From NCBI GenBank assembly GCA_963743305.1, contig CAVUPH010000016.1:53461-117460 (forward strand): a DNA stretch of 64,000 nt, written 5' to 3'. The notes below the pieces were generated by a model. That model did no database searches, had not been told where the DNA came from, and saw only the letters and a program-made list of their open reading frames with translations. Within the stretch, counting starts at the first letter, position 1; each line of letters begins with the position of its first letter. Below, one piece after another: positions 31,906 through 41,448 of this stretch. The stretch is from an uncultured delta proteobacterium (GTDB taxonomy: Bacteria; Desulfobacterota; RBG-13-43-22). Both the position numbers and the translations under genes were made by a program.

Positions 31906-32373
31906 TTAAGTTAATCCGGGAATCAAATCCGGGTGTAGAACCCAATGAATTACCCAAAACCTTCCCGGCGTCGGCCCCAGGCAAAATATGGCCCCGTAGC
32001 GAAAGGCCACCAGGGGGATTTCTTCATCTCCCGAGACCAACCGCATGGCTACTTTGTGCAAAAAAGGCAAATGGCCGACGAGCATCAACTCTTTGTTATC
32101 CGTAGTGATTCGATCGATCCAGGGTTGGACTTCATCGTTGGGTTTAAGGCCGGCCGCCGCTTCCAACGGGCAACCCAAGGCCTCCGCTAGAATTTCGGCC
32201 GTCTGCTGCGCCCGGCGCTTTTCGCTGTGGAAAATCTGAGCCGGTTTTAATCCGGCCCGCCTGGCGGATTCGGCCACGGCCCGGATTTCGGCTGTGCCCC
32301 GGTCGGTCAAGGACCGATCGGGATCTTCCTTTTCCGCTTTGGCTTCACCGTGCTGGACGAGGTAGAGTTTCAT
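31906..32373 (-). CDS. sixA: Phosphohistidine phosphatase SixA
   Basis: LYLVQHGEA, RAQQTA, LVGHLP. Confidence 0.85.
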   Translation of the reverse strand: MKLYLVQHGEAKAEKEDPDRSLTDRGTAEIRAVAESARRAGLKPAQIFHSEKRRAQQTAEILAEALGCPLEAAAGLKPNDEVQPWIDRITTDNKELMLVGHLPFLHKVAMRLVSGDEEIPLVAFRYGAIFCLGPTPGRFWVIHWVLHPDLIPGLT

Positions 32374-32484
32374 TCTTGGATTTCTACTTTTAGATAATCG
32401 TAGACGAAAAAGACCGTTCTGTCAACGAAGGTTCTGTTTCAGGGAGATTTGGAAGAGGAGGAGAGAATTATTTTGGGCGGTCTT

Positions 32485-33059
32485 TCAGCGGGATTGTACC
32501 CTTACCGACAGCTCTTTCCCGGGTTCGTCTGAGAGAGCGGTTAGCAAATTCCGGTATGGTATTTCAATTCCGTCTCCATCCTGGATTCGGCATTCATCCG
32601 CCAGCTTGGATTCGTTCCACTTCAAGAAGTCCAACAGTTTCGATTCCTCGATCAGAAATCCATTCTCCAAGATTCGTGGCCCGAAGTCCTTGAGCAGGAT
32701 GTTGAAAAGTTTGATGACGATCGAACCTTTTTGAGACTCCTTGAAAAATCCGGACCACCTTGGAAGGTAATCGAGTTGCGGAGAGTAGAATAAAACCCCC
32801 CGCGTCGCATGGTGGCGCCCACCAATCCCGGCAAGGCCCCGGAAAGGGCCAGGGAGGCCCCATCCGTCAAAACGGCCGTGGAGGGATCATCCACCGCTTT
32901 ACCGTTAAAAAAAATGGTCTGTATTTTTTCGTCGATAATTTCCGGATTCAGTCCCAATTGCCGGACCAGAAAATCCTGGATGCTGCCTCCCAGCGGGGTT
33001 TCTATTCGCAGTCCCTGCTGAAGGAGAAAATGGAAGGTCCTCAACTTCGAGGGGGCCAC
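32485..33059 (-). CDS. Conserved hypothetical protein downstream of AOR (ubiquitin/ThiS-like N-terminal part); frameshift near 32700
   Basis: IQTIFFNGKAVDD, ALSGALPGLVGATMRRGG; continues in a second frame. Confidence 0.55.
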
Positions 33060-33118
33060 GTTAAAGAGGATAATCGGGTTTCATGGGTCTGGTTTCGGAT
33101 TTTGTGCGTCGAATTAAA

Positions 33119-33147
33119 GGGGGGGCCAAAAGCCCCCCCGAAAAAAG
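33119..33147 (-). terminator. Rho-independent terminator-like hairpin after aor
   Basis: G-run / gccaaaagc / C-run hairpin next to an A-tract. Confidence 0.5.
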
Positions 33148-33168
33148 GTTGTCAGAAAAGTGGACAAG

Positions 33169-34905
33169 TTACCAGTTAAAGACTTTGTCCAAATCCTCAT
33201 CCTTAACCTGGAAGGTTACGTTATGGGGCGGGAAGGCTTCTTTCTTGAAGTAATCCGGCAGGCGATCCTGTTTGGAGGTGAAGCCGGCCCGGGCGTTGAA
33301 GTCCCGTTCATTTTTTAAGACGGATTTTCCCAGGGCCGCCACGTCATCGGCGGTGAGATTCAAGCCGTAGAAGGCGTTAATGGAATCGATCAAGGCCTGG
33401 AATGTCTCCGGTTGGTCCAACACGGCGAAGGCCACGAAGAGGCACATGCCGGTGGAATCCACAGCGGCTGTGGCGATCTGCAGGTTTCGGGAAAGTTCGA
33501 TCTGGCCTTCGGGTTTGAGGGGATCCACGGTTCCGCCCACATTCAGGATGTTGGCCGTCACCGCGTAACCGGCGGTGTGATCCGCCCCCATCGGGGTGGT
33601 GGCGTAGGTCACCCCCATGCCCTGTACGGCCCGGGGATCATAGGCCGGCATGGCCTGGCCCTTGACCACCGGGACCCGTTCCACGCCGAAGACTTTACCG
33701 GTTACGGCGGCGCCGTTACCGAGGATCCGCCCCAGGTGCGACCCTTTGCCTACCTCTTTGACCAAGTTGATGGCCCCTTGGCCATCCCCAAACTTAATCA
33801 GGCCGGCATCCATGGCTACGGCTACGGTGGCACCCATCTCGATGGTGTCCACGCCGTAGTTGTCATCCAGGAAATCCAGCATGGCGATGGTGTCCAGGTC
33901 GTCGATGCCGCAGTTCCCGCCGTGGGCCCAGACCGTTTCGTATTCGGGTTGCTTGGTCAGGAAATGGCCATCCTTATCGTTGTAAGTGCCTGAACAACGG
34001 ATGACGCAGCCCCGGTGACAGCCGTGGGTAGCCAACCCACCCCGGCTGGTCTCCAGTTCGGCCTGGGCCTCGCCGCTGATCTTGGCCGCTCCGTCGAACC
34101 GGCCCTGCTTGAAGTTGTAAGTCGGATAGCCGCCGGCCTCGTTGAGAACGTTGGTCAAGACATTGGTCCCGTAGGCCGGGAGCCCCTGGCCGGTGACCGG
34201 GTGTTTCTTCAGGCCATCGACCCATATCCGGGTTGCCTCCTTGAATTTTTCCGGATCCTTCGGCGAGCGCATGGCCTTGCCGGTGTCGTCGAGGATGATC
34301 ACCTTGACCCCTTTGGAGCCCATGACGGCGCCGACGCCGCCGCGACCGGCGTGTCGGGTAGGGCGCTGCTCCATGTCGGTGAAGGCGATGGAAGCGGCCG
34401 AGAGCTTCATCTCCCCGGCCGGACCGATGGATATAAAGGCGGCTTTTTCCCCGTATTCCTGTTTCATTTTTTCAATCAAGTCGTAATTGGGGAGGAGCTT
34501 CAGGCTGTTATCGGCCCAGATCTTGACCCCGTCCTTATTGATCAGAATCCGGTAAAGGGTGTCGTCTTTCGGTCTTCCTTCCAGGACGATGGCCGCATAG
34601 CCCAGCCGGGCCAAAACCTGGGAGGCCTGACCGCCGGCATTGGCCTCTTTAATTCCACCGGTTAAGGGACTCTTACAGCCCACCGAGATCCTGCCGGACA
34701 TGGCCGCGGTAGTCCCACTCAATAATCCCGGCGCGATCACCAGTTTGTTATCTTCGCTCAGAGGATGACAAAGAGGCGGCACTTCCTTCGAGACCAAGGC
34801 TGAGGTAAACGCCCGCCCGCCCAGACCGGCATAGTCTCCCACCGGGACTTCCTGAAAAGTGGGGCCGCCCTCGGCCCCCATATTCACGCGCAAGATTTTA
34901 TCCAT
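33169..34905 (-). CDS. aor: Aldehyde:ferredoxin oxidoreductase
   Basis: KSPLTGGIKE, GRGGVGAVMGSK, CHRGCVIRC, EYET, YDPRA, GADH. Confidence 0.93.
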   Translation of the reverse strand: MDKILRVNMGAEGGPTFQEVPVGDYAGLGGRAFTSALVSKEVPPLCHPLSEDNKLVIAPGLLSGTTAAMSGRISVGCKSPLTGGIKEANAGGQASQVLARLGYAAIVLEGRPKDDTLYRILINKDGVKIWADNSLKLLPNYDLIEKMKQEYGEKAAFISIGPAGEMKLSAASIAFTDMEQRPTRHAGRGGVGAVMGSKGVKVIILDDTGKAMRSPKDPEKFKEATRIWVDGLKKHPVTGQGLPAYGTNVLTNVLNEAGGYPTYNFKQGRFDGAAKISGEAQAELETSRGGLATHGCHRGCVIRCSGTYNDKDGHFLTKQPEYETVWAHGGNCGIDDLDTIAMLDFLDDNYGVDTIEMGATVAVAMDAGLIKFGDGQGAINLVKEVGKGSHLGRILGNGAAVTGKVFGVERVPVVKGQAMPAYDPRAVQGMGVTYATTPMGADHTAGYAVTANILNVGGTVDPLKPEGQIELSRNLQIATAAVDSTGMCLFVAFAVLDQPETFQALIDSINAFYGLNLTADDVAALGKSVLKNERDFNARAGFTSKQDRLPDYFKKEAFPPHNVTFQVKDEDLDKVFNW

Positions 34906-35026
34906 CGGATTCTCCTTTCTGTATGAATGTTCTTTTTAAGAAAGAATTGAGATTGAGATCAAGTCCTGATGGATATTTTCGCTCATTGGGTTGGAAAGTC
35001 AAGAAAAATTCTGTAAAATTAATTAG

Positions 35027-35046
35027 TTATGTCATTTATGACATAA
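35027..35046. promoter_or_regulatory. Perfect palindrome upstream of aor (candidate operator)
   Basis: ttatgtcat-tt-atgacataa. Confidence 0.45.
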
Positions 35047-35049
35047 TGC

Positions 35050-35289
35050 CTATCCCCCGGCTAAAGGGGGGAACATACCCAGTCGGTCACCCTCATTCAG
35101 TATGGCTTCCAGCGGGGCATGTGAACCGTTTATAAAAATAATCCGGGGAGTGTCGAGAGGGATGTGGAGTTGTTCGATCAATTGCTTAATGGTTGTTCCC
35201 TCAGGGAGCTCGATGGGATTGGGATTACCCCGGGCTCTATCGGGCAGGTACTCGGCCAAAGAGGCATAAAGATTTAAATTGATTTTCAT
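35050..35289 (-). CDS. MoaD/ThiS family sulfur carrier
   Basis: Ubiquitin-like, ends FPPLAGG; adjacent to AOR. Confidence 0.88.
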   Translation of the reverse strand: MKINLNLYASLAEYLPDRARGNPNPIELPEGTTIKQLIEQLHIPLDTPRIIFINGSHAPLEAILNEGDRLGMFPPLAGG

Positions 35290-35693
35290 GAGTCTTCACT
35301 CCTCCAACCTCTTCAATTTAAAGTTATTGTCTCACTTCCCGCGCGAATTTTCAATGTCGCCGGGAAATTTACCCAGGGAGAAGTTTCCAATTGTAGGCCG
35401 GGGTTGTATGAATAATCAAAAGGACTTTCAATTTCAACGATTTCCGCCTTGGAATAATCAATCCAATCTTCTCCTGGAGAGTTATTCGAAAAAATTCCGT
35501 TTCATGGCTAAAAATATTGCTTTCACCTACAAATGTTTCATCGGGATGGTCCCAAGATTTAACGATTACGGATGGAACTTCGCAGGAAAGGCGAAACCCT
35601 TATTGACCCTGCTATAGTTCAGCCCGCAGGGTTGCTCGTCTCCTTGTCGGAAAGTATATTATTGAAATTCTCCAAATCTGATGGATATACCTA

Positions 35694-36659
35694 TCACCGT
35701 AATATTAGGGGAAGGTAGAGGTAACTCAGCGGGGTTTTAAAAGCTTGATCCTCTCCATTGGACGTCCCGACCGAGTTTACGCCAACTACCCGATAATGAT
35801 AGGTCGTATCAGGAGACAGCCCCCTTATGGCCTTGTTCACCGCAGTATCGCTTGTGCCCGTTACCGGGCTCTGATCCGCCGTCACAGTGCTGCCATAAGA
35901 CGCGGTCAGCCCGTACTCGAAGGTCACCACGGTATTGTCATCATTAGCGTTCACCATCCCATTCAAGGTCGCCTCCGAGGTCGTTATCCCGCTGGCCGGA
36001 TTGGTCGTGACGGTGGGAGCCACTGCTGGGCAGACGGTAGAAGCCGAAACCGTACCCGAGGAACCGCCGCCTGAGGCAGATAGCACCAGTGCCCCTAAGA
36101 CCCCGCTGGTATTAACGTTCGTGGACTGCCCTGTAGTCAGTTGGAAGGTATTGGACGCGATGGGCGCCCCGTTCAAGGTCAGGGTCCAGGTGCCACTGCT
36201 AGTCATACTCGCACCAATGTCCGTGATTACGAAGGTTCCATTCCCCGTGGCGTCGCACTTTGCTGCAACTGCCAAGGTTGGTGGATTGCAAAACATTGAA
36301 GCGATTGCTGTGCCAGAACTTCCTCCTCCTGATGCGGATAGTACCAGTGTCCCAAAGAGCCCGCTGGTATTAACGCTCGTGGATGCCCCTGAAGTTAGCT
36401 GGAAGGAATTGGACGCGATGGACGTCCCGTTCAAGGTCAGGGTCCAGGTGCCAGGGCCAGTCATGCTTGCACCAATGTCCGTTATTACGAAGGTTCCGTT
36501 CGCTGCTTGATTGCATGCCCCCGTTACGGACAAAACAGGAATCAAGGGCTGAGCAAACACTGTCCCTGTATTGGGTATACCAAAAACGGCAAGGCCGAAT
36601 AGAAACAAGGCTACCAGCATAACGACGCCATATCGCTTTTTGGTCATCTTGGGTCCCAT
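35694..36659 (-). CDS. Secreted Ser/Thr/Gly-rich protein with two tandem beta-rich repeats, an FN3-like domain and a C-terminal YLPLILR motif
   Basis: AGGAGG plus ATG at 36659; signal peptide; duplicated GTFVITDIGASMT...SASGGGSSGT unit; LSPDTTYHYRVVGVN. Confidence 0.75.
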   Translation of the reverse strand: MGPKMTKKRYGVVMLVALFLFGLAVFGIPNTGTVFAQPLIPVLSVTGACNQAANGTFVITDIGASMTGPGTWTLTLNGTSIASNSFQLTSGASTSVNTSGLFGTLVLSASGGGSSGTAIASMFCNPPTLAVAAKCDATGNGTFVITDIGASMTSSGTWTLTLNGAPIASNTFQLTTGQSTNVNTSGVLGALVLSASGGGSSGTVSASTVCPAVAPTVTTNPASGITTSEATLNGMVNANDDNTVVTFEYGLTASYGSTVTADQSPVTGTSDTAVNKAIRGLSPDTTYHYRVVGVNSVGTSNGEDQAFKTPLSYLYLPLILR

Positions 36660-37144
36660 CTTTTTTTCCTCCTGGCTAAAATTGAAGCCCGGCCTCGATT
36701 GCTCGAAGGCCGGGCTTTTCGGCTCTTTTTTCACCGCACACCTCCAGCAGGGTGGTTGCCGGCTGGATAATTATAAACCTGAAAGGGTCAGTTAATGAAA
36801 CTTTTTGATTCTTGTCTGAAAAGAATTGTTGATAGGTTAATGGAAATCCAGGGTTTGTCAAGATCTTTCAAAAGCCTCAGGACCCTTGTTGGGGGTAGTT
36901 CTCTCCATGCCTATTTGGAGGATGGGAGGGGTTCAAATGGAACATCGCCTGGTTACCAATTTTCGTTTGAATTCACCGACATCCCTTTAAAAATGACTCC
37001 TCACCTCAAATTTCTCTCCTCCACCTACAAGTCCTTTGTGACGAGTTATCTCCTACCCATTGATTACCGAAGGAAATAAACAAAAAAGACAGAACCAAAT
37101 AACCAAAATGGTCCCGCCTTTTATCTTTGACAGCCAGGAGAATT

Positions 37145-37430
37145 TTACATCTTAAACTTTCTCTTCAGCCCAAAAAGTCCAAGCAGGCCAGAGCCGAGAA
37201 AGAGCATGGGTAGGTAGGTTCTGTTATTGTTAAATGATAGTCCGTTACACCAATTGGAAAACGCTTTTTCCCGTGTTCCCTTTTGCTTCGGCTCTTCTTG
37301 CAAGTAGTCTCTAAGCCTGCATATCGCCACGACTGGCTTCCTGAGCAGTTTGAGCGGCTGTCTCATTCGCTTCCGCCAATACTGCCTTAGCGAAACTGCT
37401 TAACGTAATGGTTGATGTGGTCCCCAGAAA
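37145..37430 (-). pseudogene. Two gene remnants: a PEP-CTERM-like tail and a small Ala-rich protein with an in-frame TAG
   Basis: MLFLGSGLLGLFGLKRKF tail; ITLSSFAKAVLAEANETAAQTAQEASRGDMQA*RLLARR. Confidence 0.45.
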
Positions 37431-37536
37431 TCGGACAATGTGATAAGCTCTGAGTTAGCCCAAAGAATGGAGGTAACCATGAGCAATAAAAAACGACAAC
37501 ATCTCCTATGTTCTTCGCAAGAATCCTGATGAGCTA

Positions 37537-38082
37537 TTACTCCATTACCTGAATAAATGATTTCACGGCCTTCACACCCTTCGTAGCGTGAGCGATGGCG
37601 ATGATCTTGTTGATCTTGGCGCTCGAACTGACCACCCCGATCAGCACCACGTGTCCATCGATCACCGTCATGTCCACCTGATCTGCCTTCAGGTCCGAAT
37701 CGCCAACCATCTTATAGTGAATCTTCTCCTTGATCTCGAAGTCACTGATTTGGGACTGCTGGCTCGGCAGGAAGTACGTTTCCACTTTCTTCACCCCCTG
37801 AACCTGACGGGCAATCCTCACGGCTTCCGTGCCGACGCCTGAGCCATTCACCACGACACCCGTGAGTACCACAATGCCATTACGGCAGAATACGCTTATT
37901 TTGTCAATTCCCTCCACCCTGGACTGCTCAAGGTCCTTCTCGATTTGCCCCCTGACCCCGGCGTCATCTATCTGTTTTCCCACCGAGCGCTGGTCGGTTG
38001 CCACGTCATACCCCCCCGTTGCGGCTATCCCGAAGCAGCCGGTAAGAAGCACGGGCAGGATCAAGAAATAAAAAAGTTTCAT
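37537..38082 (-). CDS. Dual BON-domain (OsmY/DolP-like) lipoprotein
   Basis: LTGC lipobox; two BON repeats (GIVVLTG..GVKKV; GHVVLIG..GVKAV). Confidence 0.88.
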   Translation of the reverse strand: MKLFYFLILPVLLTGCFGIAATGGYDVATDQRSVGKQIDDAGVRGQIEKDLEQSRVEGIDKISVFCRNGIVVLTGVVVNGSGVGTEAVRIARQVQGVKKVETYFLPSQQSQISDFEIKEKIHYKMVGDSDLKADQVDMTVIDGHVVLIGVVSSSAKINKIIAIAHATKGVKAVKSFIQVME

Positions 38083-38510
38083 AACGATTCTCCTTTGAGA
38101 ACTGTTTTTTTGTTCTCTCCCGGGTTATTCTTCTCTTCTTTGAGAAGCAATAGCCATGCATTGAGGTTACGGGCTCAATGCTCGGAGTTTAACGCAGAGA
38201 CGCTTGGCCTAACTTCTTAGTTTCTTTATAGATTGTAATGTTTTGAGGCGTCAATAGAAAAACAACAATTATCAAATGGACTTTCTTTCTTATCAAGAAA
38301 TAGAAGTTTGAGGATACCAGGAAGCACTAAATTTTCAAGCTCAAAAGATTCTTCCCTTCCGAATTCAGCGATTATACTTGATCGGTATTACTCCTATCGC
38401 CTAAGACGCCGTGAAGTTTCAATGGATAGCCTGCCTGCTATAAGGTCTTTTCCTGGCCCTCCCATGAGTCTTGGAAATAGCGAATCGGAGTCCTTCTCAA
38501 AGTTTGAGGT

Positions 38511-40082
38511 TTAGAGAGGAATATTTCCATGCCGCCGAAAGGGGGCCGGTCTTTTTTTGTTCCGCAGCATACGCAGGGCCTTGATCAACTGAGGCCGGGT
38601 TTCGCTCGGCTTGATGACCTGGTCTACCAGCATGTTGGAAGCCGCATGAAAGGGATTTGAAAACTTGTAGTCGTATTGATCGATCTTTTCCTGCCGGAAG
38701 GCCGGGGCATCCTCGGCCTTGGCGATCTCCTGGCGGAAGATCAGGTCCACCGCCGTGGCCGTATCCAGCACCACCAGTTGGGCAATGGGCCAGGCCAGCA
38801 TGAGATCCACTCCCATGCCGACGCAGCACATGGCCATGACGGCGCCCCCGTACTCTTTTCTCAGGGCCAGGGTGATTTTGGGGACCGTGGCTTCGGCATA
38901 GGCATAGAGCATCTTGGCCCCGTGGCGGATGATGCCCGAGTGTTCCTGCTTAACCCCGGGGAGGTAGCCGGGAACATCCACAAAATTGAGGAGAGGAATA
39001 TTGAAGGAATCGCAGAAGCGAATAAAACGGGCCGCCTTGTCGGCCGAGTCCGAGTCCAGGCTTCCGGCCCAGATCTTGGGCTGGTTGGCCACGATGCCTA
39101 CCGTCCGACCTTCCATTCGCCCGAAGCCGACGATAATATTTTTGGCGAATTTGGGTAGGATCTCGAAGAAATCGTTGTGGTCCACTATCCGGAGAACCAC
39201 CTCCCGCATGTCGTAAGCCTTTCGAAAGTCGGCCGGGACGATTTGTTCCAGGGTCTCATCGGTTCTTTCCGGGTCATCCGTGCATTCCCGCACCGGGGCT
39301 TCCGTTTCATGGCTGGATGGAAGATAGCCCAGTAATTTTTTTATCAGTTGGAGGCAATCTTCATCGTTCTTGGCCACAAAATGGGCGGTACCGGTGACCT
39401 GGCTGTGCACCTTGGATCCCCCTAATTCCTCCATGGATACTTCCTCTCCGGTCACCGATTTGATCACCGCCGGCCCGGTGATGATCATGTGGCCGGTCTT
39501 CTCGACCATGATGATGAAATCCGTGATGGCCGGGGAATAGACGGCCACACCGGCGCAGCTCCCCATGATGGCGGAGATCTGGGGAATAACTCCCGAGGCG
39601 GCGGTGTTGCGAAAAAACATGCCCGCCACGCTTTTGGAGGCAAAAAAACCTTCGTTCAATCGACCCCCGCCGGAATCGTTCAAACCCACCAGGGGGGCTT
39701 TGACTTTCAGGGCCTCCTCCATGATGCGGCAGATCTTTTCGCCGTGGATGGCGCCCACCGACCCGCCCAAGACCGTGGCGTCCTGGGCATAGGCAAAGGT
39801 CAGACGTCCGTCGACGTTACCGTAACCGATGACCACGCCGTCGCCCGGGACTTTCTTTTCCTGCATGCCGAAATCGCGCGACTGGGTTTCCGCCAGCCCG
39901 TTCATCTCCACGAAGCTTCCCGGATCGAACAGGAGTTCCAATCGTTCCCGGGCCGTCAATTTGCCCTGGGCGTGACGTTTTTCTATGGCCTTGTTCCCGC
40001 CGCCCAGGCGGGCTTTTTCCTGTAGCCGCTCCAGTCGTTCCAGTTCGCTCCGGTGTGATTTCTCCACGTGGTATCTCCTCAT
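38511..40082 (-). CDS. Acyl-CoA carboxyltransferase (PccB/MmdA family)
   Basis: GKLTARERL, DSGGGRLNEG, GSCAGVAVYSPA, DVPGYLPG, RKEYGGA, HGNIPL. Confidence 0.92.
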   Translation of the reverse strand: MRRYHVEKSHRSELERLERLQEKARLGGGNKAIEKRHAQGKLTARERLELLFDPGSFVEMNGLAETQSRDFGMQEKKVPGDGVVIGYGNVDGRLTFAYAQDATVLGGSVGAIHGEKICRIMEEALKVKAPLVGLNDSGGGRLNEGFFASKSVAGMFFRNTAASGVIPQISAIMGSCAGVAVYSPAITDFIIMVEKTGHMIITGPAVIKSVTGEEVSMEELGGSKVHSQVTGTAHFVAKNDEDCLQLIKKLLGYLPSSHETEAPVRECTDDPERTDETLEQIVPADFRKAYDMREVVLRIVDHNDFFEILPKFAKNIIVGFGRMEGRTVGIVANQPKIWAGSLDSDSADKAARFIRFCDSFNIPLLNFVDVPGYLPGVKQEHSGIIRHGAKMLYAYAEATVPKITLALRKEYGGAVMAMCCVGMGVDLMLAWPIAQLVVLDTATAVDLIFRQEIAKAEDAPAFRQEKIDQYDYKFSNPFHAASNMLVDQVIKPSETRPQLIKALRMLRNKKRPAPFRRHGNIPL

Positions 40083-40187
40083 TTTTACTTGGAATATGCT
40101 TCCATAAGGCCAGAGTATAGAGAAAGGGGCGAAGAGGAGTCAAGGGCAAAATGGGAGAGGGAGGCTGGAGGTAGTCCGTCTTCCGTC

Positions 40188-40204
40188 TAAACAACGCTTG
40201 TTTA
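40188..40204. promoter_or_regulatory. Palindromic operator candidate in a divergent promoter
   Basis: taaacaa-cgc-ttgttta, just upstream of TTGACT (40210). Confidence 0.45.
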
Positions 40205-40282
40205 TGCGATTGACTTTCTCCCTCTATTTTTACTATCTTAGAATTTTAAACTATTCTCTGAAAAAAAGGAAAGGGTACGGTT

Positions 40283-41428
40283 ATGGATTTTGAATTTACG
40301 GAAGAGCAGAACGAATTCCGGAGACAGATCGCCCGGTTTGTCGATGAACGGGTGATTCCGCGAGCGGAAGCCTATGACCAAAGCGGGGAATTCCCTCGAG
40401 ACATTATGCTGGAATTAGGTGAATTGGGCTATCTGGGGATCAAATATCCGGAAGCCTATGGCGGCTCCGGCCTGGAGGAACCCCATGTTTATCATACCAT
40501 ATTCTGTGAAGAGCTGGCCCGGGGGTCACTGGGCATCGCGGCCGGCATCGCCATGCAAACCTCCACCGCCACCTACGGGGTCAATAAATGGGGGACCGAA
40601 GAACTGAAACAGAAATACCTGGTCCCCGCCCTGCAGGGGAAAATGATCGCCGCCTTCGGTCTGACCGAACCCAACGCCGGTTCGGATGCGGCCGCGATCC
40701 GAACCAAAGCCGAACGCGACGGCGATCACTACATTCTCAATGGGACCAAAATATTCACCACCAATGGAACGGTGGCCTCCTTCATAACCATTGCGGCCCG
40801 GACCACTCCGGGAAAGGGCTTTAAAGGAATCTCCCTTTTTTTGTTGGATACGAGCACTCCGGGGTTTTCCGTGGGCCGAAAATTGGAAAAATTCACTATT
40901 CATTGTTCCGATACCGCGGAGCTGGTGCTGGACAACGTGCGCATTCCGGCGGAGTGCCTGTTGGGCGAAGAGGATATGGGTTTGCTTAATATCAACCAAT
41001 CCTTGGTGGACGATCGGGTCATGACCGCCGGCCTGTCTTTGGGGGTGGCCCGGGCCGCCTACCAGGCGGCGCTCAAATACGCTCAGGAACGGGAACAATT
41101 CGGTAAAACCATCGGTAGTTTTCAAGCCGTTCGCTTTCGTCTGGTGGATATGCTGGCCCGTTTGAAGACGGCTGAATTGATTACCTACTATGCGGCCTGG
41201 AAGGCGGATCGAGGCGACAAAATTATCCAAGAGGCCGCCCTGGCCAAACTGATAGCCTCGGAAGCGGCCAACTATATCTGCCGAAAAGCCCTCTCCGTCT
41301 TCGGGGGGTATGGGCTGATGATGGAATACCCGGCGCAGCGTTTTCTGCGGGATTCTTTTTTCCCGCTGGTAGGCGGAGGCACCTCCGATATCATGAAGGT
41401 GGTGATTTCGAAGGAAATGGGGCTATAA
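40283..41428 (+). CDS. Acyl-CoA dehydrogenase
   Basis: FGLTEPNAGSD, GTKIFTTNG, FGGYG, GGGTSDI. Confidence 0.92.
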   Translation: MDFEFTEEQNEFRRQIARFVDERVIPRAEAYDQSGEFPRDIMLELGELGYLGIKYPEAYGGSGLEEPHVYHTIFCEELARGSLGIAAGIAMQTSTATYGVNKWGTEELKQKYLVPALQGKMIAAFGLTEPNAGSDAAAIRTKAERDGDHYILNGTKIFTTNGTVASFITIAARTTPGKGFKGISLFLLDTSTPGFSVGRKLEKFTIHCSDTAELVLDNVRIPAECLLGEEDMGLLNINQSLVDDRVMTAGLSLGVARAAYQAALKYAQEREQFGKTIGSFQAVRFRLVDMLARLKTAELITYYAAWKADRGDKIIQEAALAKLIASEAANYICRKALSVFGGYGLMMEYPAQRFLRDSFFPLVGGGTSDIMKVVISKEMGL

Positions 41429-41448
41429 TCCTCAAAGGAGGGCGTTCC

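Noticed and set aside
37308-37318. In-frame TAG as pyrrolysine
   Set aside because: Not a methyltransferase context, no pyl genes are seen, and the surroundings are decayed; a CAG-to-TAG nonsense change is simpler
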